Assembly: GCA_964522515.1 (NCBI GenBank)
Contig: CAZFWC010000001.1
Span: forward strand, 14,536 to 78,535
Reading direction: 5' to 3'
DNA length: 64,000 nt
Source of the DNA: an uncultured Gammaproteobacteria bacterium
GTDB taxonomy: Bacteria; Patescibacteriota; Patescibacteriia; UBA2196
Shown here: positions 50,504 to 60,245 of the stretch, one piece after another
How positions within the stretch are numbered: the stretch's first letter is position 1
Layout of the letters: each line of letters starts with the position of its first letter
Notes under the pieces: generated by a model
What the model was told of the DNA's origin: nothing
The model's input: the letters and a program-made list of their open reading frames with translations, nothing else
Database searches by the model: none
Made by a program: the position numbers and the translations under genes

Positions 50504-52636
50504 TTATTTATTTTTTCCTTCCACAATTTCCTCTGCCACATTTTTCGGAACTTCTGCGTAGTGATGAAATTCCATTGTTGAAGTTCCACGGCCTTGAGTA
50601 ATTGAACGCAAAGTTGTAACATATCCAAACATTTGAGCCAAAGGCACTTCCCCATCAATAACTTTTAAATTCCCGCGCTCTTTCATTTCATTAATTTTCG
50701 CGCGTCTAGAACTTAAATCACCAATCACATCACCCATATATTCTTCAGGCACAAGAACTTCAATTTTCATAATTGGTTCAAGCAAAATTGAACCCGCATT
50801 TTTAGCAGCTGCTTGAAAAGCAATTGAGCCCGCCATTTTAAACGCAATTTCAGAAGAATCAACTTCGTGAAAAGATCCATCAAACACACTTGCTTTAATA
50901 TCTACCATTTGATAACCAGCAACAATTCCTCGGCTCATTGCTTCTTTAACGCCTTTTTGAATTGCTGGAATATATTCTTTTGGAATCACTCCGCCTTTAA
51001 TTGCGTCAACAAATTCAAAATTTTCTGTTTTAAGAGATTGATCTTTAGAATCTTTTTCTTTTGGTTCAATTCTAAGCCAGCAGTGTCCATATTGTCCGCG
51101 TCCACCAGATTGTTTAATATATTTTCCTTCTGCTTCAGCTATTTTTTTAATTGTTTCTTTGTAAGCAACTTGCGGTTTGCCAACATTACATTCAACTTTA
51201 AATTCTCGTTTCATTCTTTCAACTAAAACATCTAAATGCAATTCTCCCATTCCCGAAATAATTGTTTCTAAAGTTTCTTCATCGGTTTTAATTTGAAAAG
51301 TTGGATCTTCTTGCGCTAATTTATTTAAAGCCAATCCCATTTTTTCTTGATCAGTTTTTGTTTTTGGTTCAACAACAACTGAAATTACTGGCACTGGAAA
51401 AATAATTTTTTCTAACACAACAGGACTATTTTCACTACAAATTGTGTCGCCAGTTGTTGTTTGTTTTAATCCAACAGCCGCGGCAATTTCACCAGAAAAA
51501 ACTTCATCAACATCTTCTCGCGAGTTTGCGTGCATTCTTAAAATTCGTCCTAATCTTTCTTTTTTCCCAGTAGTTGTGTTTAAAATATAAGTTCCAGCTT
51601 TAATTGTTCCGGAGTAAACTCTAAAAAAAGCCAAACTGCCAACAAAAGGATCAGTTGCAATTTTAAAAGCTAAAGCAGAAAACGGTTCTTTGTCATCAGC
51701 TTTTCTAATTTCTTTTTGAGATTCCCTGTCCGCCGTAGCTTTAGCGAAGGAGGAATTTTTTGGATTAAAACCTTGAACAGACGGGACATCTAAAGGCGAA
51801 GGCAAAAAATCATTAACAGCGTCCAAAACAAACTGCACACCAATATTTTTTAAAGCAGAACCTGCTAAAACTAAATAAATATTATTTGATAAAGTTCCTT
51901 TTCTTAAACCTTTTTTAATTTCGTCAATATTTAATTCTTTTCCATTTAAAAATTTTTCTAACAAATCATCATCTTGTTCAGCGGCTTTTTCAATTAATTC
52001 TGCGCGATATTTTTCAGCCTGCTCTTTTAAATCAGCTGGGATTTCAATTTCATTAATTTCTTCGCCGTGCTCTCCTTTAAATTCAAAAGCTTTCATTTCT
52101 AAAATATGAATTACGCCTTTTAAATTTTCTTCAGCTCCAATTGGAATTGTATAAGCAATTGCGTTTGGATTTAATCTTTGTTTAATTGATTCAATACTCA
52201 TTTTAAAATCCCCGCCCATTTTATCCATTTTATTAATAAAAGCGATTCTTGGAACTTTGTATTTATCAGCTTGACGCCAAACAGTTTCTGATTGTGGCTC
52301 AACACCTTGGGCTCCGTCAAAAACCGCAACTGCTCCGTCAAGCACACGCAAACTTCTTTCAACTTCTGCTGTAAAATCAACATGACCCGGAGTGTCAATA
52401 ATGTTGTAGCAAAAATCTTTCCAAAAACAAGTTGTCGCTGCTGAAGTAATTGTAATTCCTCTTTCTTTTTCTTGTTCCATCCAATCCATTTCAGATTCAC
52501 CTGTGTGAGTCTCGCCAATTTTGTGTTTTTTTCCAGTGTAAAATAAAACACGCTCTGTAAAAGTTGTTTTACCAGCATCAATGTGGGCTATTATTCCAAT
52601 ATTTCTAGTTTTTTCTAAAGTATATTTTCTTGGCAT
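50504..52636 (-). CDS. fusA: Elongation factor G with a 30-nt insertion
   Basis: AHIDAGKTT and DTPGHVDF. Confidence 0.99.
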   Translation of the reverse strand: MPRKYTLEKTRNIGIIAHIDAGKTTFTERVLFYTGKKHKIGETHTGESEMDWMEQEKERGITITSAATTCFWKDFCYNIIDTPGHVDFTAEVERSLRVLDGAVAVFDGAQGVEPQSETVWRQADKYKVPRIAFINKMDKMGGDFKMSIESIKQRLNPNAIAYTIPIGAEENLKGVIHILEMKAFEFKGEHGEEINEIEIPADLKEQAEKYRAELIEKAAEQDDDLLEKFLNGKELNIDEIKKGLRKGTLSNNIYLVLAGSALKNIGVQFVLDAVNDFLPSPLDVPSVQGFNPKNSSFAKATADRESQKEIRKADDKEPFSALAFKIATDPFVGSLAFFRVYSGTIKAGTYILNTTTGKKERLGRILRMHANSREDVDEVFSGEIAAAVGLKQTTTGDTICSENSPVVLEKIIFPVPVISVVVEPKTKTDQEKMGLALNKLAQEDPTFQIKTDEETLETIISGMGELHLDVLVERMKREFKVECNVGKPQVAYKETIKKIAEAEGKYIKQSGGRGQYGHCWLRIEPKEKDSKDQSLKTENFEFVDAIKGGVIPKEYIPAIQKGVKEAMSRGIVAGYQMVDIKASVFDGSFHEVDSSEIAFKMAGSIAFQAAAKNAGSILLEPIMKIEVLVPEEYMGDVIGDLSSRRAKINEMKERGNLKVIDGEVPLAQMFGYVTTLRSITQGRGTSTMEFHHYAEVPKNVAEEIVEGKNK

Positions 52637-52641
52637 ATTTT

Positions 52642-53115
52642 TTACCCAAACCTTGCAAAATGCGCAAAAGCTTTATTTGCTTCAGCCATTCTGTGAGTGT
52701 CTTCGCGTTTTTTAATTGCAGGTCCTTCACCTTTTGCAGATTGCATTAATACATCAGCCAACTTTGCGCACATTGGTTTTCCTTTTATTTTTTTAGCTGC
52801 GACAATTATCCACCTGCAAGCTAAAGTAAAACGGCGCTGTTCACGAACTGGAAAAGGAATTTGATAATTCGCGCCACCAACTCTTCTTCCGCAAATTTCA
52901 ACTGTTGGTCCAACTTTTTTAATTGCTTGTTCAAAAATTTGAACACCTTCTTTTTTTGTTTTTTCTTTTATAATATCAAAAGCGCTGTAGATAATTTTTT
53001 GAGCTACAGTTTTTTTGCCTCGCTCCATAATATAATTAGTAAATTTTGCTACACTTAAATTATTATATTTTGGATCAGCAATGATTTTTCTTTTTGGCGC
53101 TTGTTTTCCTCGCAT
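52642..53115 (-). CDS. rpsG: 30S ribosomal protein uS7
   Basis: RRVGGANYQ and [12 protein letters not shown]. Confidence 0.98.
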   Translation of the reverse strand: MRGKQAPKRKIIADPKYNNLSVAKFTNYIMERGKKTVAQKIIYSAFDIIKEKTKKEGVQIFEQAIKKVGPTVEICGRRVGGANYQIPFPVREQRRFTLACRWIIVAAKKIKGKPMCAKLADVLMQSAKGEGPAIKKREDTHRMAEANKAFAHFARFG

Positions 53116-53118
53116 AAA

Positions 53119-53538
53119 TTATTTTTTCTCTTTCTTTGCTCCATATAAACTTCTTGATTGTTTTCGACTTTCAACTCCTTGCGCGTCATATCTTCCACGC
53201 ACAATGTGGTAACGCACACCTGGTAAATCTTTAACTCTTCCGCCACGAATCATCACAATTGAATGTTCTTGCAAATTATGTCCAACACCAGGAATGTAAG
53301 CCCAGACTTCGCGTCCGTTTGATAATCTAACTCGCGCAACTTTTCTTAAAGCTGAATTCGGTTTTTTAGGAGTTTTAGTTGTAACTTTAACACAAACTCC
53401 GCGTTTAAAACTAGAGCCTTTTTTTAAATCTCTTGATTTTCTTTTCATCACATTTAAAGTTGACCGTAAATCAGGTGATTTGGTTTTTTTAATTTTTGAC
53501 TTTCGTCCTTTTTTAATTAATTGATTTATTGTGGGCAT
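53119..53538 (-). CDS. rpsL: 30S ribosomal protein uS12
   Basis: [10 protein letters not shown] and [10 protein letters not shown]. Confidence 0.99.
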   Translation of the reverse strand: MPTINQLIKKGRKSKIKKTKSPDLRSTLNVMKRKSRDLKKGSSFKRGVCVKVTTKTPKKPNSALRKVARVRLSNGREVWAYIPGVGHNLQEHSIVMIRGGRVKDLPGVRYHIVRGRYDAQGVESRKQSRSLYGAKKEKK

Positions 53539-53546
53539 TTTTATTT

Positions 53547-53631
53547 CTCCGCCTTCGCCCCTAAAAAATCCTACTGGACTACGGCGCCTGTCCGCCGTAG
53601 CCTTGGCAAAGGAGGAGATAAACTCTTGTGT
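53547..53631. repeat. Left-arm palindromic unit with nested 30-nt unit
   Basis: ctacggcg[cctgtccgccgtagccttggcaaaggagga]gataaactc. Confidence 0.85.
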
Positions 53632-53766
53632 TAAATTATTTTAAATTATTGATATTAAAAAAACCATCTTTTGATGATTAAAAAATAATCTACATTAAGA
53701 TTAAACTATTTTAAAAATTGTGTCAAATAAAAAAAGTAATCTGTAAATTGTAAATTGTAAAAAAAT

Positions 53767-54378
53767 TCAACTACCAATAAATAAATTATAAATAAAATAA
53801 ATTATTGGTGAGATTAAACGAAAAAGAAAGAATATAAAAAATAAAAGCAAAATGTATCCGTAGCGTTCTAAAAATGCGCGAATTTGAATACTAATTTCAT
53901 TATCAGGTAAAAGCGAAAATAAAATTTTTGATCCGTCTAAAGGCGGAATCGGAACTAAATTAAAAACAGCAAGCAAAATATTTGCGTAGACTATAATTGA
54001 TAAAATAAATGAAAAATCATTTAAAGGCAAAAATCTAATTAGCATTGCAAAAATAAAAGCCAGCAATAAATTAGAAACAGGACCAGCAGCCGCAACTAAA
54101 CCAATATCTCGTTTTTGATTTTTTAAATTAAAAGGATTAAACGGAACTGGTTTTGCGTAAGCAAAAATAAAATTACCGCCAGAAACAAGCAAAAGAATTA
54201 CAGGCAACAAAAAAGTGCCAAAAAAATCAATATGAGCTTTTGGATTTAAAGTCAACCGACCTGCATTTCGCGCTGTTGGATCGCCTAATTGATCAGCTGT
54301 CCACGCGTGAGCGTATTCGTGAATAATCGCAGACGGAATTATTATTAAGAAAAAAAATATTAATTGTGAAGGGTCCAT
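53767..54378 (-). CDS. Site-2 protease (M50 family)
   Basis: HEYAH, AAAGP, NLVPIPPLDG. Confidence 0.92.
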   Translation of the reverse strand: MDPSQLIFFFLIIIPSAIIHEYAHAWTADQLGDPTARNAGRLTLNPKAHIDFFGTFLLPVILLLVSGGNFIFAYAKPVPFNPFNLKNQKRDIGLVAAAGPVSNLLLAFIFAMLIRFLPLNDFSFILSIIVYANILLAVFNLVPIPPLDGSKILFSLLPDNEISIQIRAFLERYGYILLLFFIFFLFRLISPIIYFIYNLFIGS

Positions 54379-54390
54379 AAATTATTTTAA

Positions 54391-54532
54391 TTTCCAATTT
54401 CCAAGATACAATTTCCAAATAAATCTCAAAAATCAAATTCCAAAAAAATATTATAAAATAATAATTTAAATAAAATATTGGAAATTGAAATTTGGAACTT
54501 ATTTGGAAATTGGAAATTGTATCTTGGAAATT
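54391..54532. repeat. Inverted TTCCAA/TTGGAA short-repeat element; similar at 60105-60245 and 61390-61475
   Basis: ttccaatttccaagatacaatttcc...ggaaattgtatcttggaaa. Confidence 0.7.
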
Positions 54533-54610
54533 TAAATCTTGACACTTTTATTTTATCATAGTAAAATAAAAATATCTAATTAAATTAGTTTTGAAAAAAG
54601 GATAAATTTT

Positions 54611-54790
54611 ATGGCAACAGTATGCGACCTTTGCGGACGCGGTTCGCAAAAATCTCAAAAAAAATCTCATTCAAACATTAAAACGATTCGTCGTCAGTAT
54701 TTGAATTTGCAAAAAAGAACAATTGATGGAAAGAAAAAAAATGTGTGCATTAAATGTATTCGCACAATGAAAAAGAATTTGAAAGTTTAA
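54611..54790 (+). CDS. rpmB: 50S ribosomal protein bL28 (59 aa, not in the ORF track)
   Basis: Manual translation MATVCDLCGRG..SHSNIKTIRRQYLNLQ..VCIKCIRT; promoter TTGACA (54539)-17 nt-TAAAAT. Confidence 0.92.
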   Translation: MATVCDLCGRGSQKSQKKSHSNIKTIRRQYLNLQKRTIDGKKKNVCIKCIRTMKKNLKV

Positions 54791-54850
54791 ATTTTAAATA
54801 ATTTTTAAATTTAAAAACAGGATTAAAACTGTTTTTTGTGTTTTTAAAAA

Positions 54851-55072
54851 CCCCACAAAATTTAAATACCGCTGAAAATCAAGTCCAATATTTTTAACGG
54901 ATCTACCAGATAATTTAACAAAATAAAATGAAAACACTTTAGAAGTTACACACTGGACTAACAATCGCTGGTGTTTGCTTGCTTAAATCCTGGTCAAACC
55001 AGAAACCTAAGCAAATATAAACCCCAAGCAGAAAAATTGAAGAAATGATTTAGGATATTTTTTCTGTGGGGC
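54851..55072 (-). ncRNA. Candidate structured ncRNA (possibly 6S-like)
   Basis: Ends pair (ccccacag/ttgtgggg); internal stems; TG-TACAAT -10 just upstream; no long ORF. Confidence 0.35.
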
Positions 55073-55234
55073 TAAATTTATTGTAGCATTTTTAATTAAA
55101 AAAGCAAAATAAAAACCACCCATTATTTATTCCTCGTGAGAATATTTAAATGGGCGGAGTTTAATCACAAATGGTGGTTTGCGATTAAAAATTTTGTCTT
55201 TTTTTTGGACGAAATAATCCTTTGTGGATAAGTT

Positions 55235-55837
55235 TTATTCTTTAATCCCGTCCAAATTTATATCATATAAAATTTTATCTTGAACTAAATTATATTTTAA
55301 AATTTCATTTTCAGAAAACCAAATTTTAATTTCTCGTTCAGCTTCTTCTGGAGATTCAGAAGCGTGGATTAAATTACGCACTGCTCTGTTGTCTAAATTA
55401 GCAATTTGATAAGAATCAATTGTAAAATCTCCGCGAAGCGTGCCAACATCAGATGAAAGAGGTTCTGTAGTACCAACAATTTTACGAATAATTCCACAAG
55501 CTTTATTTCCTTGCCAAATCATAACCACAATTGGTCCTGCAGTTAAAAAATCAACTAAAGCTTTTTGAATTTCTTTTCCATATTCACTAGCATTTTTTTT
55601 AACTGGTTCATTTTTTTGTTTTTTAATATCAATGGTTTTCTCGCCTACTTTTTGAAACCACTCGTCTTCTTTATAATAATGTTCAAAAGATTGTTCTGAT
55701 GTTGCGATTATTATTTTAAGAGCGCAAAGTTTTAAACCAGTTTGCTCAAAGCGTTTGATAATTTCACCAATTAAAGAACGCTGAACTCCGTCAGGTTTTA
55801 TTAAAACTAAACTTCTTTCGTATTTAGGGTGGAGCAT
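55235..55837 (-). CDS. ndk: Nucleoside-diphosphate kinase
   Basis: IKPDGVQR, GTLRGDF, NLIHAS. Confidence 0.93.
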   Translation of the reverse strand: MLHPKYERSLVLIKPDGVQRSLIGEIIKRFEQTGLKLCALKIIIATSEQSFEHYYKEDEWFQKVGEKTIDIKKQKNEPVKKNASEYGKEIQKALVDFLTAGPIVVMIWQGNKACGIIRKIVGTTEPLSSDVGTLRGDFTIDSYQIANLDNRAVRNLIHASESPEEAEREIKIWFSENEILKYNLVQDKILYDINLDGIKE

Positions 55838-55843
55838 ATTTTT

Positions 55844-56887
55844 TTATGTGCTGATTCTAAAATAAATGACATCTCCATCTTTCACAATATAATCTTTCCC
55901 TTCTAAACGCACAAGCCCTTTTTCTTTTGCTTTTAATTCACTGCCCGAAAAAATAAAATCTTCATATTTACAAACTTCAGCGCGAATAAAACCTTTTTCA
56001 AAATCAGTATGAATTTTTCCAGCAGCTTGCGGGGCTTTAGTTCCTTGCTTAATTGTCCAAGCGCGAGTTTCATCTTGCCCGGTTGTTAAAAATGTGATTA
56101 AATTTAATAAATTATAACTTGCTTGAATTAATTTGTCTAATCCTGTTCGTTTTATTTTTAATTCTTTTAATTCTTCGTCAGATAACTCACCGTATTCAGA
56201 TTCTAATTTTGCATTAATTAAAATTGTGTTTTTTAATTCCTGTTCACTGCTCACTAATAACTGACTTTTTATATTTCTTACAAAAATGATGGGTTTTAAA
56301 GTCAACAAATTTAAATCGCGAATTAATAATTCTTCTTCTTTATTTAATTTAATTTCATTTGCTAATTTTTCATTGTTTAAAGTTTCTTCTAAAATTTTTA
56401 ATATTTCTAATAATTTTATCGCTTCAGCATTTCCTGATTTTGCTTCTTTACTAACTTTTTCTAATCTTTTTTCAACAGTTTGCAAATCAGCCATTATTAA
56501 TTCAAAATGAATAATTGATTTGTCGCGTTCTGGATTAATTTCTCCTTCAATGTGTGTAATATTTTTATCTTCAAAATCTCTTAACACTTCAATAATCGCG
56601 TCAACTTCACGAATGTGAGATAAAAATTTATTTCCCAAACCCTCGCCTTTGTGCGCATTTTTAACCAGACCCGCAATGTCAACAAACTCAATTACTGTTG
56701 GAGTTATTTTTTTTGATTTATAAATTTCAGCTAACTTTTCTAATCGTTCATCAGGAACCTTAACAATTCCAATGTTTGGATCAATGGTGCAAAAAGGATA
56801 ATTTTCAACATCAACTTGTTTTTTTGTTAATGCTTTAAATAGTGTAGATTTGCCAACATTTGGTAGACCAACAATTCCGACTTTCAT
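55844..56887 (-). CDS. ychF: Redox-regulated ATPase YchF
   Basis: GLPNVGKSTLF, NYPFCTIDPN, IHTDFEKGFIRAE. Confidence 0.97.
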   Translation of the reverse strand: MKVGIVGLPNVGKSTLFKALTKKQVDVENYPFCTIDPNIGIVKVPDERLEKLAEIYKSKKITPTVIEFVDIAGLVKNAHKGEGLGNKFLSHIREVDAIIEVLRDFEDKNITHIEGEINPERDKSIIHFELIMADLQTVEKRLEKVSKEAKSGNAEAIKLLEILKILEETLNNEKLANEIKLNKEEELLIRDLNLLTLKPIIFVRNIKSQLLVSSEQELKNTILINAKLESEYGELSDEELKELKIKRTGLDKLIQASYNLLNLITFLTTGQDETRAWTIKQGTKAPQAAGKIHTDFEKGFIRAEVCKYEDFIFSGSELKAKEKGLVRLEGKDYIVKDGDVIYFRIST

Positions 56888-56901
56888 TTTTTTTAAGCCT
56901 G

Positions 56902-56931
56902 CCTGCCCGCCGTAGCTTTAGCGAAGGAGGG
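56902..56931. repeat. 30-nt hairpin unit upstream of ychF
   Basis: cctgcccgccgtagctttagcgaaggaggg. Confidence 0.85.
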
Positions 56932-57000
56932 TCCTGAGGAGGAACGACCAAAGATCCCATTGTTAAACAAAACTTTCAGGATTAATTAATTTTTTTTAAA

Positions 57001-57366
57001 TCAAATAATTTTTTTTACTTTTTCAACAACTTGCGCAGGAGTTGAATTTGCTTTAACAATATAATCTTTTGCGCCTAATTCTTTTCCTTTTTTAATATCT
57101 TCTTCTTGCCCTAAATTTGTTAGCATAATAACTGGAATATTTTTTAATTTAGAATTTGCTTTTAACTCAGCTAAAATATCAAAACCATTTGTTTTTGGTA
57201 AAATAACATCAAGCAAAATTAAATCAGGCTTTTCTTTTTTAACTTTTTCTAAAACTTCTCCACCGTCTTCAACATTAACAACTTCAAATTTTTCCCGTTC
57301 TAATTTTGTCTGATACATTTCAGATAATATTTTTTCATCTTCAACTAAAAGAATTTTTTTAGGCAT
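57001..57366 (-). CDS. Single-domain response regulator
   Basis: ILLVEDE, DLILLDV..P, GA.DY..K. Confidence 0.92.
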   Translation of the reverse strand: MPKKILLVEDEKILSEMYQTKLEREKFEVVNVEDGGEVLEKVKKEKPDLILLDVILPKTNGFDILAELKANSKLKNIPVIMLTNLGQEEDIKKGKELGAKDYIVKANSTPAQVVEKVKKII

Positions 57367-57391
57367 ATGTTTTTAAAGATTAAAAAATTTT

Positions 57392-57997
57392 TTAGATTAA
57401 TTTTATTTTATCCCCTTCTATTAATAAAGCTTGTTCATTTGTTAAAGGCATAATTTTGTTACTATATTTTTTCCTAAATTCATCAATAATCTTTTTTTCT
57501 TCATCTACATAATGTGGCGAAACAATGATGTCAGTTAGATTTAGGGCTGATAAATCTTTTAAGCCAACATCATTTTTATCAAATGGGCTGGCAATATCTA
57601 TATTCGGTCCAGCCAATATACTTCCAGCACTTACTCCAACAAAAACTTTTCCTTTATTAACCATTTTTATAATTTTTTTATCAAACCCGCTTTCTCGTAT
57701 TTTGTGCAATAAATAAAAAGTATTACCACCACAAACATAAATTACATCAATTTCTTTTAACTTAGTATTATCTGAATTTTTATCACAATTAAACTCTAAA
57801 ATATTTTTTGATTGAATACCAAGATGTTCTAATTCTTTTTTGGAGGATTTAACATAACGCAATGCCCCATCTGATATTGCTGCTGTCGGGATAAATAAAA
57901 CTTTAATTTGATTTGGTTCTTTGTTAACCAATCTTAAAAACTCCTGCACTATTTTAGGATTTACAAAAGCTGCCGATGTTAATAATAGTTTTTTCAT
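57392..57997 (-). CDS. Peptidase E (S51 family)
   Basis: FIPTA, GGNTFYLL, GVSAG. Confidence 0.85.
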   Translation of the reverse strand: MKKLLLTSAAFVNPKIVQEFLRLVNKEPNQIKVLFIPTAAISDGALRYVKSSKKELEHLGIQSKNILEFNCDKNSDNTKLKEIDVIYVCGGNTFYLLHKIRESGFDKKIIKMVNKGKVFVGVSAGSILAGPNIDIASPFDKNDVGLKDLSALNLTDIIVSPHYVDEEKKIIDEFRKKYSNKIMPLTNEQALLIEGDKIKLI

Positions 57998-58002
57998 ATA
58001 TT

Positions 58003-58971
58003 TTATAATCTAATTTCCTTTTCCAACCATGGAATATTTTCATTTTTTCTTTTCCAAAATAAATTTTCCCAAATGTAGTGAACTGCCAGCTGTTTGTATT
58101 CACCGAATTTTTCAAAATATTTTAATAATTTTTTAACTGGCACAGGGTTTTCTGGATTTTTATTGAAAAATAGTTTTGAATATATTTTTTGTTCCCACGG
58201 AGAAATATGGTTGAAAAAGTCCCAATGATGAAAAACATCAAACAAAATATACCAAACCGTTGCAGGACCAACTCCATATAATTTTAATAATTCTTGCATT
58301 TGTGTTTCCCTGTCTTTGATTCTTAATTCCATTTCATCTATTAATCCTTTTCCAAAATGCTCATCTATTTTTTTAATTGATTTATCTCTGTATCCCACTT
58401 TAAGTTTTCTTAAGTCATCAGTGGTTACTTTTTCCAAATCACCAGGATTCCAGAAACACCATAATTTTTTGTCATCAAACTCCAACAACTTGCCATAATT
58501 TTCAAGTAGCATCTGAAACATTTGAACCGATCTTTTAATAGGGGCGTTTTGCAAAACAATTCCAATAATTAAATATTCATACAGAGAACTTGGATGTCCT
58601 GGTCGCATTCCTTTCCATTTTTTAATAATATCTCCTAGAGTTTTATCATCTTTAAATTCTTTATAAAAATTTTTTAAATCTAAACACAAACTATATGAAT
58701 ATTTAATTTCTTTAATCAACGAATTAATAAATTCATTTGATAATTTACTTTTTGAATATATTTTTACTTCAATTACTGGATTACTAACCGTCCCCTTATC
58801 AACGAACTTAATTCCCAAAGGAGTCTTTTGCCAATTCCAAGTTTGCCAACGAATCCCGGGTTGCCAAAAATTATCACCAGAAGTAAAATGGTCTGGTTTA
58901 TGAAAAGTTGAATCAAAAGCAAACGGCTTGGTTGGTTTGATTTTGATTGTTTTTTGAAGAGTTAGTTTCAT
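58003..58971 (-). CDS. HhH-GPD-superfamily DNA glycosylase-like protein
   Basis: L..LKVGYR and LLKLYGVGPAT (HhH); start uncertain. Confidence 0.65.
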   Translation of the reverse strand: MKLTLQKTIKIKPTKPFAFDSTFHKPDHFTSGDNFWQPGIRWQTWNWQKTPLGIKFVDKGTVSNPVIEVKIYSKSKLSNEFINSLIKEIKYSYSLCLDLKNFYKEFKDDKTLGDIIKKWKGMRPGHPSSLYEYLIIGIVLQNAPIKRSVQMFQMLLENYGKLLEFDDKKLWCFWNPGDLEKVTTDDLRKLKVGYRDKSIKKIDEHFGKGLIDEMELRIKDRETQMQELLKLYGVGPATVWYILFDVFHHWDFFNHISPWEQKIYSKLFFNKNPENPVPVKKLLKYFEKFGEYKQLAVHYIWENLFWKRKNENIPWLEKEIRL

Positions 58972-59093
58972 TAACTTTTTTATAAAATACACTTTACTCT
59001 AAAAATTAAACAATATAAAAAATAAATAATTTTTATTCTTTCAAAATATTTTTTCTGGCTGGACGCTAAGCATCCTAATAGCCACGCTCAGCG

Positions 59094-59167
59094 TGGCTGC
59101 CGGACAGGGACTCGAACCCCGGTTACCAGGATCAAAACCTGGCGTCCTACCACTAGACGATCCGGCA
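59094..59167 (-). tRNA. tRNA-Gln(TTG), CCA encoded
   Basis: Full cloverleaf: TGCCGGA/TCCGGCA, CCAGG-TTTTGAT-CCTGG, TTCGAGT. Confidence 0.95.
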
Positions 59168-59170
59168 AAA

Positions 59171-60088
59171 TTACACCCTTAAATATTTTCCAATTGAGAT
59201 AAAACTAGAAATTGTATTTAACACAATAATTACAATTAATTCAAATCCAAAAATATAAATAAAATGACCTGAAATATAAGACATTAAATTAAAATTAATA
59301 TCAATAAAAAAATTGTAAAAAATTGGTTGCAAAACTCCGGCAATTAAATAAAAAATTATCCAAAAAATAACACTGCCAACAATTGCATAAAGCGCGCCTT
59401 CAAGTAAAAACGGCACTCTAATAAACCAATTTGACGCGCCAACTAATTTCATAATTCCAATTTCTTCACGGTGAGTGTAAATTCCAATTCTAATTGTATT
59501 AAAAACAACAAGCAACGCAATCAAAGCAAAAAAACCACTTACAATTAATCCAAATGTTTTAATTTTATTTCCAATATTTTCAAGTTTTTGAATTACTAAT
59601 TTGTTATCGTCGTAATCAATATCTTGCGCAAGCTCGTCAATTTTATCTTTTTTTAAATTATTTAAAATTTCTGGATACAAATTAACATTTTCAGCTTTAA
59701 TCGTCAAGGTTGGTCCCAAAGGATTTTCATTAAGTTCAATTAAAGATTCTTGAACAAGTTCGTTGTTTTCGTGAAATTTTTTAAATTTGCTTAAAGCTTG
59801 TTCTGCGGAAATAAATTTTACTTCTTTAACTTGATCGTATTTTTCAATATTTTGTTTTATTAATTTAACTTGTTGTTCTTCTGCGTTAGATTCAAAATAT
59901 ATTGAAATATCAATTTTATTTTTAATTGCCAAAATTGCGTTGTCTGTTGCCGCGTTTAAAACAATAAGTGAAGTTAAAGAAAATAAAGTTAAAATAATAA
60001 TTGTAATTGTAACCAAAGACAGCCAGAAATTTCTGTAAAAATTTTGGAAAGAAAATTTAATAATTCTTGTTAAAGTTAGTAAAAACAT
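59171..60088 (-). CDS. ftsX: Cell division permease FtsX
   Basis: NTIR....REEI.IMKLVGAS..FIR.PF..EG. Confidence 0.92.
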   Translation of the reverse strand: MFLLTLTRIIKFSFQNFYRNFWLSLVTITIIILTLFSLTSLIVLNAATDNAILAIKNKIDISIYFESNAEEQQVKLIKQNIEKYDQVKEVKFISAEQALSKFKKFHENNELVQESLIELNENPLGPTLTIKAENVNLYPEILNNLKKDKIDELAQDIDYDDNKLVIQKLENIGNKIKTFGLIVSGFFALIALLVVFNTIRIGIYTHREEIGIMKLVGASNWFIRVPFLLEGALYAIVGSVIFWIIFYLIAGVLQPIFYNFFIDINFNLMSYISGHFIYIFGFELIVIIVLNTISSFISIGKYLRV

Positions 60089-60245
60089 ATTTATTTTTTA
60101 AAGCTCCAAGATACAAGTTCCAAATCCCAAATAAATATCAAATTTCAATTTTCAGTATTTTATTAAAATTATATTTTTATAATATTTTTTTGTAATTTGA
60201 TTTTTGGAATTTATTTGGAAATTGTTTTTTTGGAAATTGGAAATT

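Noticed and set aside
7892-55230. DnaA-box-like TTATCCACA/TGTGGATAA at about 7892, 49495 and 55222 as oriC
   Set aside because: Isolated single sites, not clustered, and no dnaA nearby
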